Assembly (NCBI GenBank): GCA_004431415.1
Contig: QPMI01000005.1
Location: 868,001-932,000, forward strand
Direction: 5' to 3'
Source of the DNA: Cyanophora paradoxa CCMP329
Lineage: Eukaryota > Plantae > Glaucophyta
DNA: 64,000 bases
Part shown: positions 24,462-35,777 of the stretch, piece after piece
How positions within the stretch are numbered: position 1 is the first letter of the stretch
How the letters are laid out: each line of letters opens with the position of its first letter
The notes under the pieces: model-generated
Databases searched by the model: none
What the model was told of the DNA's origin: nothing
The model's input: only the letters and a program-made list of their open reading frames with translations
Program-made: the position numbers and the translations under genes

Positions 24462-24666
24462 ATGGATTTCTTGCGAAAACTCATAGAGATGTTTAATCTC
24501 CACATTGTGAGCAATTGTCACAGTGGCTGCTGTGAAACCAAAGTCGAAATCGAATTCTCAGACACTGAAAGCCATGGATCAGGTGGTAGGAGATTATCCA
24601 CAGACTCGGTGGATTTCGAGGAGCATATTAAAACAGAGACAGTGAGGCGACGCTCTGTATCTTTCA
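24462..24666 (+). pseudogene. 5' part of a small outer-virus ORF interrupted by inner copy 1; continues at 36187-36215
   Basis: Removing the insert and one TSD gives ...TVRRRSVSF-TDPKLNLGN* (77 aa). Confidence 0.65.
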
Positions 24667-25070
24667 AGCTCAGCACTGCGCCGTGTCTCCAAAAAAATAC
24701 CCGCGAAAAAATCAAAAACAAATCAGAAAACAAACCATTCCCAGTAACCCAATCTTGAATATCAGTAAATCTCAGTAAGCCTCAGTAAGAAACATTGAAT
24801 TAATCGAAGTTATATCATAATCTCGATTAATTATATCTTATCGAAGTTATATCTTTTTTATGCGCCGTGTCTCCAAAACAATTCCCAAGAAAAACAAACC
24901 ATTCACAGTAACCCAATTCCAAATCTCACTAAATCTCAGTAAGCCTCAGTAACAAAAATCGAATTAATCGAAGTTATATCTTAAATCTTATTTATCGAAG
25001 TTATATCATAATCTCGATTAATTATATTTAATCGAAGTTATATCCTTTTCATCCGCCGTGTCTCCCATGA
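24667..25070 (+). repeat. Left TIR of inner copy 1 (404 bp)
   Basis: Reverse complement of 35778-36181; internal repeats CCGTGTCTCC x3 and multiple ATCGAAGTTATATC. Confidence 0.95.
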
Positions 25071-25071
25071 T

Positions 25072-26132
25072 TTAGCGTTTCGTTAAACCACTTCTCAAAT
25101 TGTATCTCCTCCGAATTACATTACTCCGATTGGGTTTTATGCCTTCTTTTGCTACCAATCGATTCACTTTATTCGTTTTATTAACCTGCTGAATCCGTTT
25201 TTGTGATGGTATCTTAATGATATCATCTTTATTCACCTTTTGCAATTCTTGTTTCTTAAATCTCCTCTTCACTTCTTTTGTTTCCTCACCATCATTATCT
25301 TCAAGCACTTTGAAACGATTCCTATCAGCCTTTGCAACAGTGTAGACCTTCTGACTGAATTGCGCACCTTCTTTTTCAAACAATCCCTTTGGTTGCAAAA
25401 CTCGAACTGTGTCTCCTGGTTTCACTTGATTAGTATCAGCCTCCTTTACACGATTGTTGTGAACAGTATCCCTCATGTAAATAAATAACTGTTTATCTTC
25501 ATTTGTATACACTGCATTTGGAGAGTCATTTTTCAATGCAGAATGGGGACTGCTATTATACAAGTCAATTACATCACTAAGTAGATCGATCCATTTCGTG
25601 GTTCCCTTTGCTGTCATCGATTTTCTGAGATACTGTTTGAAAGTCCTAGTGAACCTATCAATTATCCCCAGTTTATCTCCTACTGTGATGTGGTCATCCT
25701 TTGCCACATCTGTGTATAGCATTACACCATGTTCACTGCACCAATTTCGGTATACTGCCTGGGAAAACTCATTATCCCAGAGAGAGCATTAACTTTGCCT
25801 GCTTCTTGCTTGAACCTATTTAAAATGCTCGGGATCTCACTGCTGTTTTTAAAAGGATAAACAAATCCTTTGCGACTAAGTATGTCTACGAAACTAAGCA
25901 TTTTGAAAATGCCATTGTTGGCAGTCTGAAACCCTCTGAAATATGTTATATCGATTTGAAACGATCTAGGCTTTGCCACTATGCGAAGAAACGATTTGGG
26001 TTTCCTTGGTTTCTTGTAAATTTGCTGGAGTTCTGAGTTTTTGAACTTCTTTTTCAACTCTTTTTCATCAAAACTCACTTTTTCATTAATCAGTTTCTGC
26101 CTATACTTTTTGAATGATAATACACTATCCAT
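25072..26132 (-). CDS. rve-type integrase, inner copy 1 (one apparent frameshift near 25777)
   Basis: FQIDITYF, VDILSRKGF, LSG(D)NEF after adding one G, GIIDRFTRTFK, YNSSPHSAL, VKPGDTVRV. Confidence 0.88.
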
Positions 26133-29100
26133 TATTGGGCGGCACAGTTACACTTAATATGAGAGAGGAAACAATTTTTGGTAATGTGAGCCACAGCATT
26201 ATTAATTCGATCTACCGAAATATCTTCAAAGTCCATGGCATTGTAGCATCGCAGGCAATGCCCATACTGCTTCCCATATCGCTGCTTGATCCAATCCCAT
26301 GTGATGTAATCATGCTCATCGAATTGTCTGTTTGCTGCTCGGTCCTGATCCTTGTAAGTCGAAATCTTCTCGTTATTCTCTCTTTTCCACACTTTCCAGT
26401 GAGCCATTTCGAAATTATCATGGTAAATAACAACATCATCCAGCCTTGTGGTTCGAGTGAGAGCAACATATAGCCACTTCTTTGAAACAAATGGCGCCCC
26501 AGTTTCGAACACGACTACCCTGTTCCCTTTGCAGCGAATCGTATCACCTTGAACAACATGGCAGGTGTTTGCGTAAGCCAGGGCGAAATGTTTGACTGCA
26601 TCCCTGCTGAGAACAATCTCATCCTTCTTGTTGGCAATGTCAGCAATAATGAAACTGTCCTTTGAGAGCTTGACAATCTTGTAGACAAATCCATTATGAA
26701 CTATCTTCCCACCCTTTGCAATACGAGTCTTTGCAACAACTTTGATCCCGCCAGCATAAATGGAAACATTATCCCCGTAGTTCATTTTGTGAAGGGCTAG
26801 GTTCACCTCTGCACCCTTGCGGTTTGTATACACAATGCCTTTATCTGTCTTTGCCAATTCGTCCACAACCTTGAACCCGTACTTTGCTAGGACCTCACTT
26901 ACACTCAAACCTTTCTCGAATAAATCAATTCGAATTTGCTCAACCTTTCTGCGATCTTCCTCAGTCTCATGGCGCTTGTTCACTTGGAGTAACAATTCGT
27001 TGGGGAACAGGCGATGGAGGATATCAAGGTAATACTCATCTTGATCAACACTCATATCCTGAATGGGTGGGTTCTGATACGGGTCACCTGTGGCAATGTA
27101 TACCTTATCTGGGAACTGCTCATTCATGATGTGGTCCAGGGCTGCCAGTTCTCCAATCTTAAACTGACAGATCTCATCAATAACAATGCAATCAAATTCT
27201 ACCAAACCAGATGCATTCCCTCCTACGATTTCATCCATGTTCGACTCATCGATTTTGAGATGAAGGGCATCATAGATTGTCTTCACATTTTTCAATCCTT
27301 GCTCTTTCATTTCCTTCACTCGCTTGTTGGTCGGAACAATATAGAGGGGATTTTTGAAACGCTTCCCATATTCAACTGTCATGTGAGTCTTTCCAACTCC
27401 TGGAACTGATCCGAGAAGAACCCATCGTTTTTGTGTAGCCAGCAAATCACAAATCGCGGTTGTGTCATACTCATCAACCACAGAGTGTTTGGTATAACTG
27501 TAGTTCTCGATTTTCACAAAGTCAGTCGCTCTCTCAAACTTTCCGTAACGAATTCGTTTTGCCTCGAGGTCTTTCTTCTCACCTGAAAACTTTTTAGAAA
27601 AATTGGGGCAGCATTTCACACTGAATTTTCCAATATTCTCAAAGGCATTGCGATCGAATGACACTGGGGCAATGGGTTCATAAGCGATCCCATAAACACA
27701 ATCGGTGTTCAAAGCGAGTGGTCGGATCTGCTGTTTAGCGAGTTCGACACACTTCTCATACATACACATCCTCATAATTGACAAGAGGGTAGTGTACAAT
27801 GGCATGAAGCCATCAATGAGCTGCTTTTCTGCTACCTGATTGACATAGTAGATATGGGGTTCGGTCATCTCTTCCTCACACAGAACGAACTCTGTCTCCT
27901 CATAAGTGGCAAGAGTCTCACCAAAGAGGTAAATTTTAACCTCCCCTCCGTTCTGTTTCTGGAACTCGATCGCATCGTCTCTGTTGTGGAAAATGGTGGT
28001 TTTCACTCTGCTATTTCGTTGCTTTCCAGTTTGCCCAATTGCACTCACCAAGATCTGCTTCTTATCAACAGGATCGAGGTCGCTATCTAAGATTCGAGCA
28101 ACTGTGTTGCCTGCAAGGTTGGGAATGAGTTTGTAAGGTCGCAGAACCGCTTTGATGGAGATGTCATCCTTGAAATCCTCGAAATGCTTTTTGAGAACCA
28201 AACCAGGAACGACATTGTACTTGGAATCAATGATCATCCTCTTGTATCTGTTGTAGGTGTTTGCTTCGTACTCCTTTCCGTTCTTGTCTTTGGCTTTGAA
28301 AAAGTATTTGTCGTCCAGTTTCACGTAATAGAAGCTGTATTCCTCGATTTGCTCTGCATCTGTGATTGTCACACTCTTGAAGACATCGAACTTGCTGAGA
28401 ACAGGAACGAATTTGATCATCAAGGCTACAATGTAAGGGTATGCTTTGCACATATCGAACTCGTAAATATCTGTGTTATAGCGAATTTCATCAAAGGTCT
28501 CCTCATCCACATCAAAGAGACCACGAAGGGCAGTCTGCACTCCATTCTTGAATGCATTTATGGTTTGCTCATTGTAAGTACTCTTGTTGGAAGTGTCGAT
28601 TAGAGACCTATACATATCCAGATTTAGTTTCTCGAATTTATCTCTGTACTCAGCATTCTTGAAGCTAATCTCGAAAGCTGTTTCCACATCTGTATCGTTA
28701 CCAGGTGGGGTCACGACAACATCCTTATCGTCAATAGTGAAACGAATATGGGTTGCCTTTCCGATTTGGGAGAACCCAGGTTGGACCTGATAATTATGCA
28801 CCACAATGAACTCTCTGAGTAGTTCATCCAGTGAACCACCATAGCAGATTCGAATGCTCGATTGGTTCTTTGGATTGTCAGACCTGACAATTCTCAGAAT
28901 GTCATCGGGATTTGTGGCAAACTCCTTGAACCTTCTTTGCTTTATAATCTTGTAACGAGAACTGAGTGGAACATTGGTATCTTTTGGCTTGGAGCCATTG
29001 AAGGACTGTGTGAGAGCCTTAATATTGTGATTTAACAAATACATGTGACCATTCTCAATCTTCACATATGCAACAGAAGGGGTCAAGTGTGTGTTCCTGG

Positions 29101-30218
29101 TCTTGGGCAGGAAAGTCAGTTCAGGGACAGGGGTTCTGTCGTCCTTTCCAATTGTAACCATGCCTAGGCGCAGTGGGTCAAGAACCTTCTCCGAAATGGA
29201 CTTGAAAGAAATGCCCCAATCATCTCCTTCAACAGGGTCTCGCCCATTCACCATCTTAAAGAGTCCGTTGTAAGACCAATCGATTCGCTTGTATTTCCCT
29301 TTGGTCTTAGCCTTCTCAAACGCTCCTCCAAACCATTTGATGAGGACATCGAAAACACACTTCCCAACCTTGAATGAATCACCTTTCAAGAACATTTCCT
29401 TGAATGTGGTGGCTTGGGGTTCCCTTCGTTTTTAATGAAATTCGAAATAATCATTGGAGCGTTTGTATTGTCTCTGAGGACTTGTTCATTTCTTGGGATG
29501 TATTCTTCATTATCTGTCGTGATGACTCTTTCAATTGTCATAATATCGGGGTAGGTATCTTGCTCAATTAGTTTTAGGTAGCGGAAATCTTGATTGGTCG
29601 AGTTAAACTCAATAACTGCTGCAATAAATTCAGCAATGACAGTCCCCTCAACACATGGGAACGTATTGAAGGTGGATTGAACCAGACCGAGAGCATTCAG
29701 AAAAGCTGCCTTGGTACACTGGATACCAAAGGGGCGATTGTTCCGAAGCCTCTTCGATTCAATGTAGGTCACACCATTCTCAGTGACCCTGTTTGCATTT
29801 GCAGGGGCTTGTTCTCCCTCTTGCAACTCACGGAAGAGTCTCACATTCAGGGTGACCATGTTTCCAGGTGAGTTTTCAACAAACTCACGGAGGTTAGCAA
29901 TCATCTGCTGGAAAGGAGTCAAGCGCTTCCGCTCTCTCGCTTGCTCCGCTTTCTTGTTTTGCTTCTCAACATTCTTAGCGGCTCTCTCAGCCCTCTTCTC
30001 CTTCTTCTCCTGCTTGCGATACAACGAGGCTCTACGATACCTCTCAGTGTATCTCTGATATCAATCAACTTTGGAATTCTAATTGCTTTGAAAGTAAATT
30101 CTCTCAAGAAATAGATATCCTGCTCTCGGGTCAATTTGTCTTCTACTTTTGCTTGCATGTAGTAGCCAAGAATCTCATCCTGCAAATTTTTCGAAATTCG
30201 ATTACTTGGTCGAGGCAT
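26132..30218 (-). CDS. PolB-SF1 (RecD/PIF1-like) helicase-HNH-like fusion, inner copy 1 (frame breaks near 30022 and 29415)
   Basis: PolB motifs FDMCKAYP, KQILVSAIG, NTDC; helicase motifs GVGKT, IDE, GDPYQNPP, TCHVVQG, YVALTR; C-terminal CLRC..SVDRINN..H..NC..H..CN. Joining to the upstream ~280-aa ORF is inferred. Confidence 0.85.
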
Positions 30219-30459
30219 TTCTTTGTTCACTCTATTAATATATACCTACAAAAGTTTTCTTTAAATACTTTTATACTCGCGTCAAATTTTACCGACAAAA
30301 CCAAAAGTCTCCAACAAAATAAATTTAGTCGAGGGCATTCATAAAAATAACAAAGGGTTGGCTCGATCATCGAACTCTAAAAATAACAGAATGATTATAT
30401 TTGTGGTTCCAGCGCGTTTCCCACGGGTTTCTCAGAGCAGATCGCGCTGAGAAAAACGA

Positions 30460-30717
30460 TTAACAGAGATATTTCGATTTGCGACCACGGTTAGAATACG
30501 GGACACCATAGAGATACTTCACAAAGCAGACTGCATTGGAAGCATAGAGACGCTGGGAACTCTCAACGATCTTCATGGCTCTGTAACACTCATCAGTATG
30601 GTATAAGTCACGCATTTGCTTTGCAAATCTGGCATTGTACTTTTTCAAATATTCCTGACCTTTTTCAGTTTTACGATAACGATAAGTAGCACGCTTCTGA
30701 GCCTCACTGATTGGCAT
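30460..30717 (-). CDS. Small basic protein (85 aa), putative DNA-binding
   Basis: MPISEAQKRATYRYRKT...; identical ORF in copy 2. Confidence 0.7.
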   Translation of the reverse strand: MPISEAQKRATYRYRKTEKGQEYLKKYNARFAKQMRDLYHTDECYRAMKIVESSQRLYASNAVCFVKYLYGVPYSNRGRKSKYLC

Positions 30718-30814
30718 GTTGTCCTTTTCTACTCTCTTAATATATGTTAAGAAATCTTTAAGTAGTTTTTCTGTCTGTATATAGCGAATAAACTCCTGTC
30801 AAATTTTGGTCCGA

Positions 30815-30978
30815 TTGCAGAGCATCCAGTACGAAAGAAGATGCTGGAAAAATGATAAAGCCACCGATACCCAGAAGGTTCACTTGTCGGCTGCAAGTTT
30901 CTACCACTGAACCCGGTAGAACAGGTGATTTAAGTGATTTACCTATGGATATTTCACTTCGCTCTACAACGCCTCCAT
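30815..30978 (+). ncRNA. Candidate structured RNA with two loop-loop pseudoknots (also at ~44395-44560 in copy 2)
   Basis: Six adjoining helices plus two 6-bp loop-loop complementarities found by eye in an intergenic gap; G-U pairs favour the + strand. Confidence 0.4.
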
Positions 30979-31065
30979 AAAAATGAAGAAGTTTTGAGCC
31001 TACGGGATAGGATTGGTTACGTAGCGCTAACAATGTTTGAGAAATTATATTATTCAGATTGATCC

Positions 31066-31826
31066 TTAACGGCGATAACCGGGTCTTATACCAAGCTTGG
31101 CGAATCCAGAGACCATTGGGGCAGCATTTGGAATCGAGTTGACTGGATCAGCCTGCGAAGTGGCAACCGAAGGATCGACTTATTGAGAACCGGCAAATCC
31201 GTTTTGTTGGAGTCTTGATACTCAATGGTCTTTGCAATCAATTCTGTAGGTGAGTCTTTTGCCACATGAACAGGTTCGGGAATAACTTCATGGGTTACTT
31301 CTGGTTTCTTCTCAACCTTTTCCTTTGTGATTGGCTGTTCCTTGATCTTGTTTTCGTTTTTGGTCTCTGCTGCAATACCATCAACAAGACTCTTAGCATA
31401 CTGATATGTTACAGATTTCAGTCCACCAGTGGTTGAACGAATAAAGTAGCGGTTGCGATGGTCTTTCTCGGAATAGGTTGAGTAGAGTCGCTCACCACCA
31501 TCAAGCAGTTTCAGCAGTGTCGATGATGAGGCAACCTTGTCCTTTGTGGATGATTTGAACTGTCCTTTCTTGATTCCTCGTTTGGCTCCGGGCATGCGGT
31601 TCAGTGGGACTTGGTCAACAAGGGCATTATCATCATTACTGTTTTTCGTAGTGGCTTGGGTGTATTGGTTTCGTTCTTTATGGACTTCTTTATCGAGGTC
31701 ACCAGTTCCGTATGCAGCGATTCCTTTCGATTTCTTATACCAGTTCCTTCCAGTCTCACCATTGCCAACATCCGCTTCAGCGGCTGGTTTGGCTAAGAAA
31801 TTCTTGGGTTGAGTCTTGCGGGCCAT
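31066..31826 (-). CDS. Hypothetical basic protein (253 aa in copy 2; 1-nt frameshift here)
   Basis: Homologous to intact 44647-45408. Confidence 0.75.
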
Positions 31827-31862
31827 TTGTAATATTGAAACAAAATTATTCTACAGTATTTC

Positions 31863-32738
31863 CTATGACCGTGAGAACGGCAGGTAGAGTCCCTCCAACT
31901 CTTTTATGACATTCTTCAATGCTTTCTTTGTCAGATCTTTATCATCTTCAGTAATCAGTTCGAGAGTCATCGACCAATCCGTGGTAATATCGGTTTCAGC
32001 ACCATTCCAATATGTAAGACGAATTTTTAGCGTTTCAACTTCCACCAAACCATTTTGCTCATGCAATATCATGGAATTATTCGATGAATCGTATTTTAGT
32101 AGACTGCCTACCGTTTGGTCAATCTCAATTTTCGCAAGGGCTTTATCATCGCTGGTGTTCTTGCTTACATAGTTGCCTTTGAGTGGGTCAACATGAAGAA
32201 GGATGTAAGAATTGAACAGAAGATCGAGCGGTATAACACTGTCAATGTAGTAATTATAAGTATTTGCTCCAACTGTTACTGGCGAATCGAGCAGGGCAGA
32301 AGCATAACCATTTTCAGAACTGTCAGGTCTGCGATCTGGGAAACCAAGGAAGTTCGCTAAAATCCGACTTCCAAAGGTGAGGGTAAATGTTGCATCGCAC
32401 ATGAACCTTAGCAACATGGTAACAGGATCATAGGTAGTTCCTGCTGCACCATATGCCTGTGAAGCAAGTTTTGCATTTAGAAGATTAACCAAACTATCAG
32501 AGGTATATGTCCCTTTCGAAATAGTGTTATTCTTAGTTTTAATTACATCCCCAGCATCATAGGTTCCTGTAATCAAACTTCCATTCTCGCTGAGATTGTA
32601 AATGTTATTGAACATCTCGAAATTGGTCACTCGGCAGGCTCTCACATTTTGGATGGCATGGGGAATTTTGTAAGTGAAGTTTGTTGGGGTTCCATCATCT
32701 CGGTCCCTGGAATCAATATTGAGATAGTAACGCGTCAT
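31863..32738 (-). CDS. Minor capsid (penton) protein, inner copy 1 allele
   Basis: MTRYYLNIDSRDRDDGTPTNF..; C-terminal LKIRLTYWNG..DWSMTLEL. Confidence 0.85.
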   Translation of the reverse strand: MTRYYLNIDSRDRDDGTPTNFTYKIPHAIQNVRACRVTNFEMFNNIYNLSENGSLITGTYDAGDVIKTKNNTISKGTYTSDSLVNLLNAKLASQAYGAAGTTYDPVTMLLRFMCDATFTLTFGSRILANFLGFPDRRPDSSENGYASALLDSPVTVGANTYNYYIDSVIPLDLLFNSYILLHVDPLKGNYVSKNTSDDKALAKIEIDQTVGSLLKYDSSNNSMILHEQNGLVEVETLKIRLTYWNGAETDITTDWSMTLELITEDDKDLTKKALKNVIKELEGLYLPFSRS

Positions 32739-32790
32739 TCTGTTTAATAAAGCATTTTAAAAATTTCTTTTGGTATTTTAAACATAAGAG

Positions 32791-34011
32791 ATGGCACTCA
32801 CTGGAACTACCCTGAAGGAACTCCTCGTAACTCCCGGTTCCGATCAAATTTATCTTTCCCCTGGTCTCCAAATCGGAACCAACCCCAAATACAAACCATT
32901 CCTCGAGCAAGTTCGTCCCCGGGGCAACACTTTTGGCTTCAAGAATACCGCTTACTTTGATCTACCTCGCAAGCAACTCCTTGCTGGTGTTTCGCTCTAT
33001 TTCAAGATTGCCACTGGTGGTGGTGTAGCCTGCACCCTCCCAATGGTGGTTCTTCTTTTATTAATGAGGTCCGTTTCGTTCATGGTGGTTTCAAGTATAT
33101 TATCCCTGGTGATTGGATCACTGTAAACGCCCTGGTCGATAATGATCACGCTACCATGAGCAGCATGTATGCTTCTCTCGGTTACTTCAAAGAGACAGAT
33201 CGTGAAAGCACAGATGAAGCAATGGAATACATCGTTAGAATCCCGCTGCTTTCTGGAAGAAGCTTATTTCCCATTATGTACGCTAGCCGATATGCCAACA
33301 ATCGAGGTTGATTTCCGTGATGCTGCGATTGTCCAAGTTCCGGCTGGTGGATCTGTAACCTTTGCGGATTGCTCTCTGATCTGCCAATTCGTAAACATTG
33401 CTTCGGCTGAGGCTGAGACACTCCTTAAAATGGCGAACGAACAAGGTGGCATTCGCATCCGATCACAGAGGTCATTCACAAGAAGACCCGAGCGCTCAAA
33501 ACCGCTGATGCTGGTGAATCTGTTGAGGTTACACTCGCTAATGTTTCTGGTCTGGTTCACTCGATTCTGATGACTGTTCGAGAGGTGAACAAACTTAACA
33601 CCTACACTCACTCGGATTTCTGCGGTCATGAATCTGCTGTTAAGATTGATCAGTTCCAGATCTTCCACAACAATCGCTCCCTGGATATATCTAACAAACC
33701 CATTTCCGGTTTCCTCTCTGCTGTCAATCACATTCCTTCTCACTACAAGGGTGTTACTGTGGGCAATACCACGTACGGATTCGAGTCTGGAAATGTTTAC
33801 GGAATTGTTCTTTCCAAGTCTGGAAAAGATTCGCTTCGGAACTCGGTTATGGGTTACCAGGATTTCTTCAACAGCAGCTCGAGTTACATGGATCTCACTG
33901 TTTCCGGATGCACTGATGCCGCTCCTGTTCAGGTTGATATCTATGCCTCCGACACAATGTTATGGTACTTAATGGCTACAACATCTCTACCTGAAAGTCT
34001 CGAACTTCTAA
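32791..34011 (+). CDS. Major capsid protein, inner copy 1 (several 1-nt frameshifts)
   Basis: Collinear with intact 46385-47611; indels lie in C/G runs. Confidence 0.8.
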
Positions 34012-34091
34012 AGTTCTTTTCTTTTGTTAGTGTAGGAAGCGCAATTATTTGTAGGTGTGTACTTTATTTTGTTTTTTATCTTATTACTGTA

Positions 34092-34850
34092 ATGGATAAC
34101 ACAGTAAATCTTGATGATATTCCGGAGTTCGATCCGAGTAAGACGGTTCGAATCCCGACAAGAATTTTGAATGTTGGTCGCTCCAATACAGGTAAGACAA
34201 TGTTCACAAAATACTTACTTTACGAGCTTCGTGACCAGATCGATCAAATCGTTATATTTAGTTCAACAGCTTTTACTGGACAATTCAATGACATCACCCA
34301 TCCCGATAACATCTATGAAGAGTGGGATGATAACATTGTTTTGAGATTGATCAGTATGCAAAAGAAACGAATTGAGAATAACGAAAAGCGAAATAACCTA
34401 GTTATCATACTCGATGACATGATAGGTTCAAATTTGGATATGCATAATTCGGCTGTGTTATCTAAATTAGTAACGAGTGGAAGACATTATTCAATCTCGG
34501 TAATCTTTAATGTTCAGCGTTTGTGTTCTATTTCTACTACCATTCGTCGCAATGTGGAGTTCGTTGTATTTTTCAATATACTTGGGAATGAAAAGGAATT
34601 CAATTGCGCCTTTGATGAGTACAATGGTGGAATGGATAAGAAGACCTACAAGGAATTGCATAGACTATGGGGTTATAATTACCAAACTGTCATAGCTAGC
34701 CTGCAAGGTTATGATATCAAGACCTATACTGATAGAGCAGTACTAACAGATGATGATATGAAGGGTTTTAAGAAGTTTGTGAAGAGAAAAGCAATTAAAA
34801 GGGGTCAGATGGCTCGGATTCAACGAGAAATGACCACAATCAGTGTGTGA
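34092..34850 (+). CDS. A32-like packaging ATPase, inner copy 1
   Basis: GRSNTGKT, IILDD, SGRHYSIS. Confidence 0.92.
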   Translation: MDNTVNLDDIPEFDPSKTVRIPTRILNVGRSNTGKTMFTKYLLYELRDQIDQIVIFSSTAFTGQFNDITHPDNIYEEWDDNIVLRLISMQKKRIENNEKRNNLVIILDDMIGSNLDMHNSAVLSKLVTSGRHYSISVIFNVQRLCSISTTIRRNVEFVVFFNILGNEKEFNCAFDEYNGGMDKKTYKELHRLWGYNYQTVIASLQGYDIKTYTDRAVLTDDDMKGFKKFVKRKAIKRGQMARIQREMTTISV

Positions 34851-35092
34851 AAGGACGATTTTTGAGAAATGTTGTATAATAAGGTAGCTTGAAATACTGT
34901 GGGGATTGCACAGTTGCGTAGAGCTTAAACAGCGCTTCAAACCGATATGCAGAACGTTGCGAGATCATAATCTGGTGATGAGATACAAGCGTTTGAAGAT
35001 GCGATAATCGATTTACCGAAACTTCGGTGAAACGTGAGCGAAACTTGAACCGTGAGATCATATACCCTACTATGGTTTATTCCCGGGTTTTC

Positions 35093-35340
35093 ATGGCGCA
35101 TTTAATGGCGCATTTAATGGCGCATTTAATGGCGCATTTTATGGCGCATTTTATGGCGCATTTTATGGCGCATTTGATGAAAAGTCCCTACTCTGTGGCA
35201 TGAACCAATCAGAAGCCAGCAAATTTAAAATTAATATATGAGGTATTATCTGAGATATAATCTGAGGTATTATCTGAGATATAATCTGAGGTATTATCTG
35301 AGGTATTATCTGAGTATTATCTGAGATGTTATCTGTGATA
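35093..35340 (+). repeat. Minisatellites: ATGGCGCATTT 11-mer array and TGAGRTATWATC 12-mer array
   Basis: Visible tandem arrays; same in copy 2 (~48694-48930). Confidence 0.9.
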
Positions 35341-35777
35341 TAAACCTGGGGAGAAGTTGAAGGGGATACAACAAAACAAGTAGCACACCAATCAGATTGC
35401 GTCACACATATATACATATACATCATGACAATATACACATCGCCGTGATCGTCATGATCTCCCGAATAAGCCGGTGTGTCATATATATCAGATACATATA
35501 CATCATCATCATGACGTCATATATGAATATATATCACATATACACAAATTGATATGTTATAGGTTTGACTATAAATCGATTTCCTATGATATATATGATA
35601 TATATTACAGTGATATATTGACGTATATACGATTCAAAAACAATTAAAATTCTATTGTTTTTATTGTCGTTTCTATTGTTGTTTCTAGTGTAACAAATAC
35701 AGTAAAAACTCGTTCAAAAAATACAGTAAAAATGAGAGGTTTTTCTTTCGAGGTTTTAACTAAACTTACTTAGTTAT

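Noticed and set aside
25770-25785. Programmed frameshifts or pseudogenisation in the inner integrase and Pol (also ~29415, ~39362, ~42998)
   Set aside because: Each break is repaired by adding one base to a G/C run. The same pattern recurs throughout (MCP copy 1; helicase at 37837, 50146, 50494), so long-read homopolymer error is most likely. Two breaks are shared by both copies, so accurate reads should still be checked.
30758-31033. 91-aa minus-strand ORF in the inner intergenic region
   Set aside because: Non-ATG start, not preserved in copy 2, and not protein-like.
33570-34850. 426-aa MCP-ATPase fusion ORF
   Set aside because: Artefact of 1-nt deletions in copy 1; copy 2 has separate intact genes.
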